NCBI GenBank assembly: GCA_049599475.1
Contig: JBMYOQ010000078.1
Coordinates: 1 to 18,557 of the forward strand
DNA length: 18,557 nt
Source: Opitutales bacterium
Lineage (GTDB): Bacteria > Verrucomicrobiota > Verrucomicrobiia > Opitutales > JABSRG01
Reading direction: 5' to 3'
Shown here piece by piece: positions 17,888 through 18,557 of this stretch. Position 1 is the stretch's first letter. Every line of letters begins with the position of its first letter. Both the position numbers and the translations under genes were made by a program. A model generated the notes under the pieces. It saw only the letters and a list, made by a program, of their open reading frames with translations, ran no database searches and was not told the DNA's origin.

Positions 17888-18167
17888 AGGTGATGATAAT
17901 TGGATAATTCGGCATATCCATAAGTCGGGAACACACCGAGAGTTTGAAATCCAGTGGGCCAACACCGAGTTGAAGATACGCTGCGCGGACGTCGGGGGAT
18001 TGCGCTAGAAGAGGGACGATAGGGTGTTAGATGAGACCCCACGTTTTAACATATATGCATGAAATCCATTAGCATTTGCGCGCCAACCGACCATACAAAA
18101 GCGCGCTAGGCGACCATTTGACGCCGCATAGTGCTGCTGCGAGTCAAGACCCTCTAGAAGTTGTAGA

Positions 18168-18254
18168 GGTGGCAAAAGATCTCCGAGCGTTGGAAGACTG
18201 CAGTTTCGCCCAGCGGATACGCGGCATTCGGTCGCTCGGAGATCGGCCGCTACC
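18168..18254. repeat. REP doublet, family B
   Basis: GATCTCCGAGCG 18178-18189 / CGCTCGGAGATC 18233-18244 is a perfect 12-bp IR. The reverse complement of the right arm is GGTAGCGGCCGATCTCCGAGCGACCG (GTAG plus hairpin); the left arm starts GGTGGC and is degenerate. Confidence 0.65.
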
Positions 18255-18298
18255 GATGACATCATCCGAAGGGCAGCGCCATTGATTCGCCACCAAAA

Positions 18299-18399
18299 GG
18301 TAGAGCCCGTTGACCCAACGGGCATGGCTCGGCGTACGCCGCCTTGGCTGTTGGCTGGGCTGACGCGCTTGTGCCGGTTCGGTGACCCGGCGCTCCCCC
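18299..18399. repeat. REP doublet, family C
   Basis: GGTAGA-GCCCGTTG-acc-CAACGGGC 18299-18323. The inverted partner hairpin 18373-18391 (reverse complement GCCGGGTCACCGAACCGGC) is 14/19 identical. Confidence 0.6.
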
Positions 18400-18430
18400 T
18401 TTTGAACCTTTCTCAAAATAATTTTCGCAA

Positions 18431-18520
18431 ACAAAGGGCGAACTGTCTCGGTGAGCCGATCGATCGAGGGCCCAACAAAGGCTTAAATGCGGCGGGTCAC
18501 CGGGGACGGTTCGCCCTTGT
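18431..18520. repeat. REP doublet (REPIN-like), family A, GTAG ends lost
   Basis: AGGGCGAACTGTCTCGGTGAGCCG 18435-18458 and inverted CGGGTCACCGGGGACGGTTCGCCCT 18493-18517. The spacer shares AACAAAGGCTTAA with the 8691 copy. Confidence 0.85.
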
Positions 18521-18557
18521 AGGATACACCCCATGAGACAACCGCTTTTTGAGCCCT

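Noticed and set aside
17888..17965. N-terminal extension of the third sulfatase from the TTG at 17965
   Set aside because: It would put about 40 residues ahead of the hydrophobic signal segment; ATG 17887 or 17848 fits better.
8691..18517. Repeated ~27-bp palindromic sequence as a CRISPR array
   Set aside because: Copies are inverted pairs dispersed over kilobases, not direct repeats with regular unique spacers, and no cas genes are present.
18005..18536. Five short overlapping ORFs, considered as a RAYT or transposase remnant
   Set aside because: They run across GC-rich REP hairpins and show no HUH or catalytic Tyr motif context.

Overview
Accessory region of a probable Verrucomicrobiota genome (Opitutia, Coraliomargarita/Lentimonas-like; inferred from the protein families, not from a marker gene). 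The left half (1-8.6 kb) encodes surface or secreted proteins: a Gly-rich secreted protein, a PEP-CTERM protein, a membrane-anchored vWA protein, a ~1246-codon PilX/Verru_Chthon-cassette-A-like prepilin gene split by one in-frame TAA, and its small downstream partner. The right half (8.9-17.9 kb, all main genes on the minus strand) looks like a polysaccharide 'de-decoration' locus. It holds three Cys-type S1 sulfatases, one SASA/CE6-like SGNH esterase, a secreted EF-hand protein, and two proteins sharing an unnamed SGNH-like domain (GHS...DxxGHGG) behind different N-terminal modules. No glycoside hydrolase or transporter is recognisable. Intergenic DNA carries several families of GTAG-type REP hairpins in inverted doublets (REPIN-like); three doublets of one family share spacer or flank sequence. 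There is also a candidate small RNA with its own terminator at ~3.4 kb. No rRNA, tRNA, CRISPR array or transposase was found.
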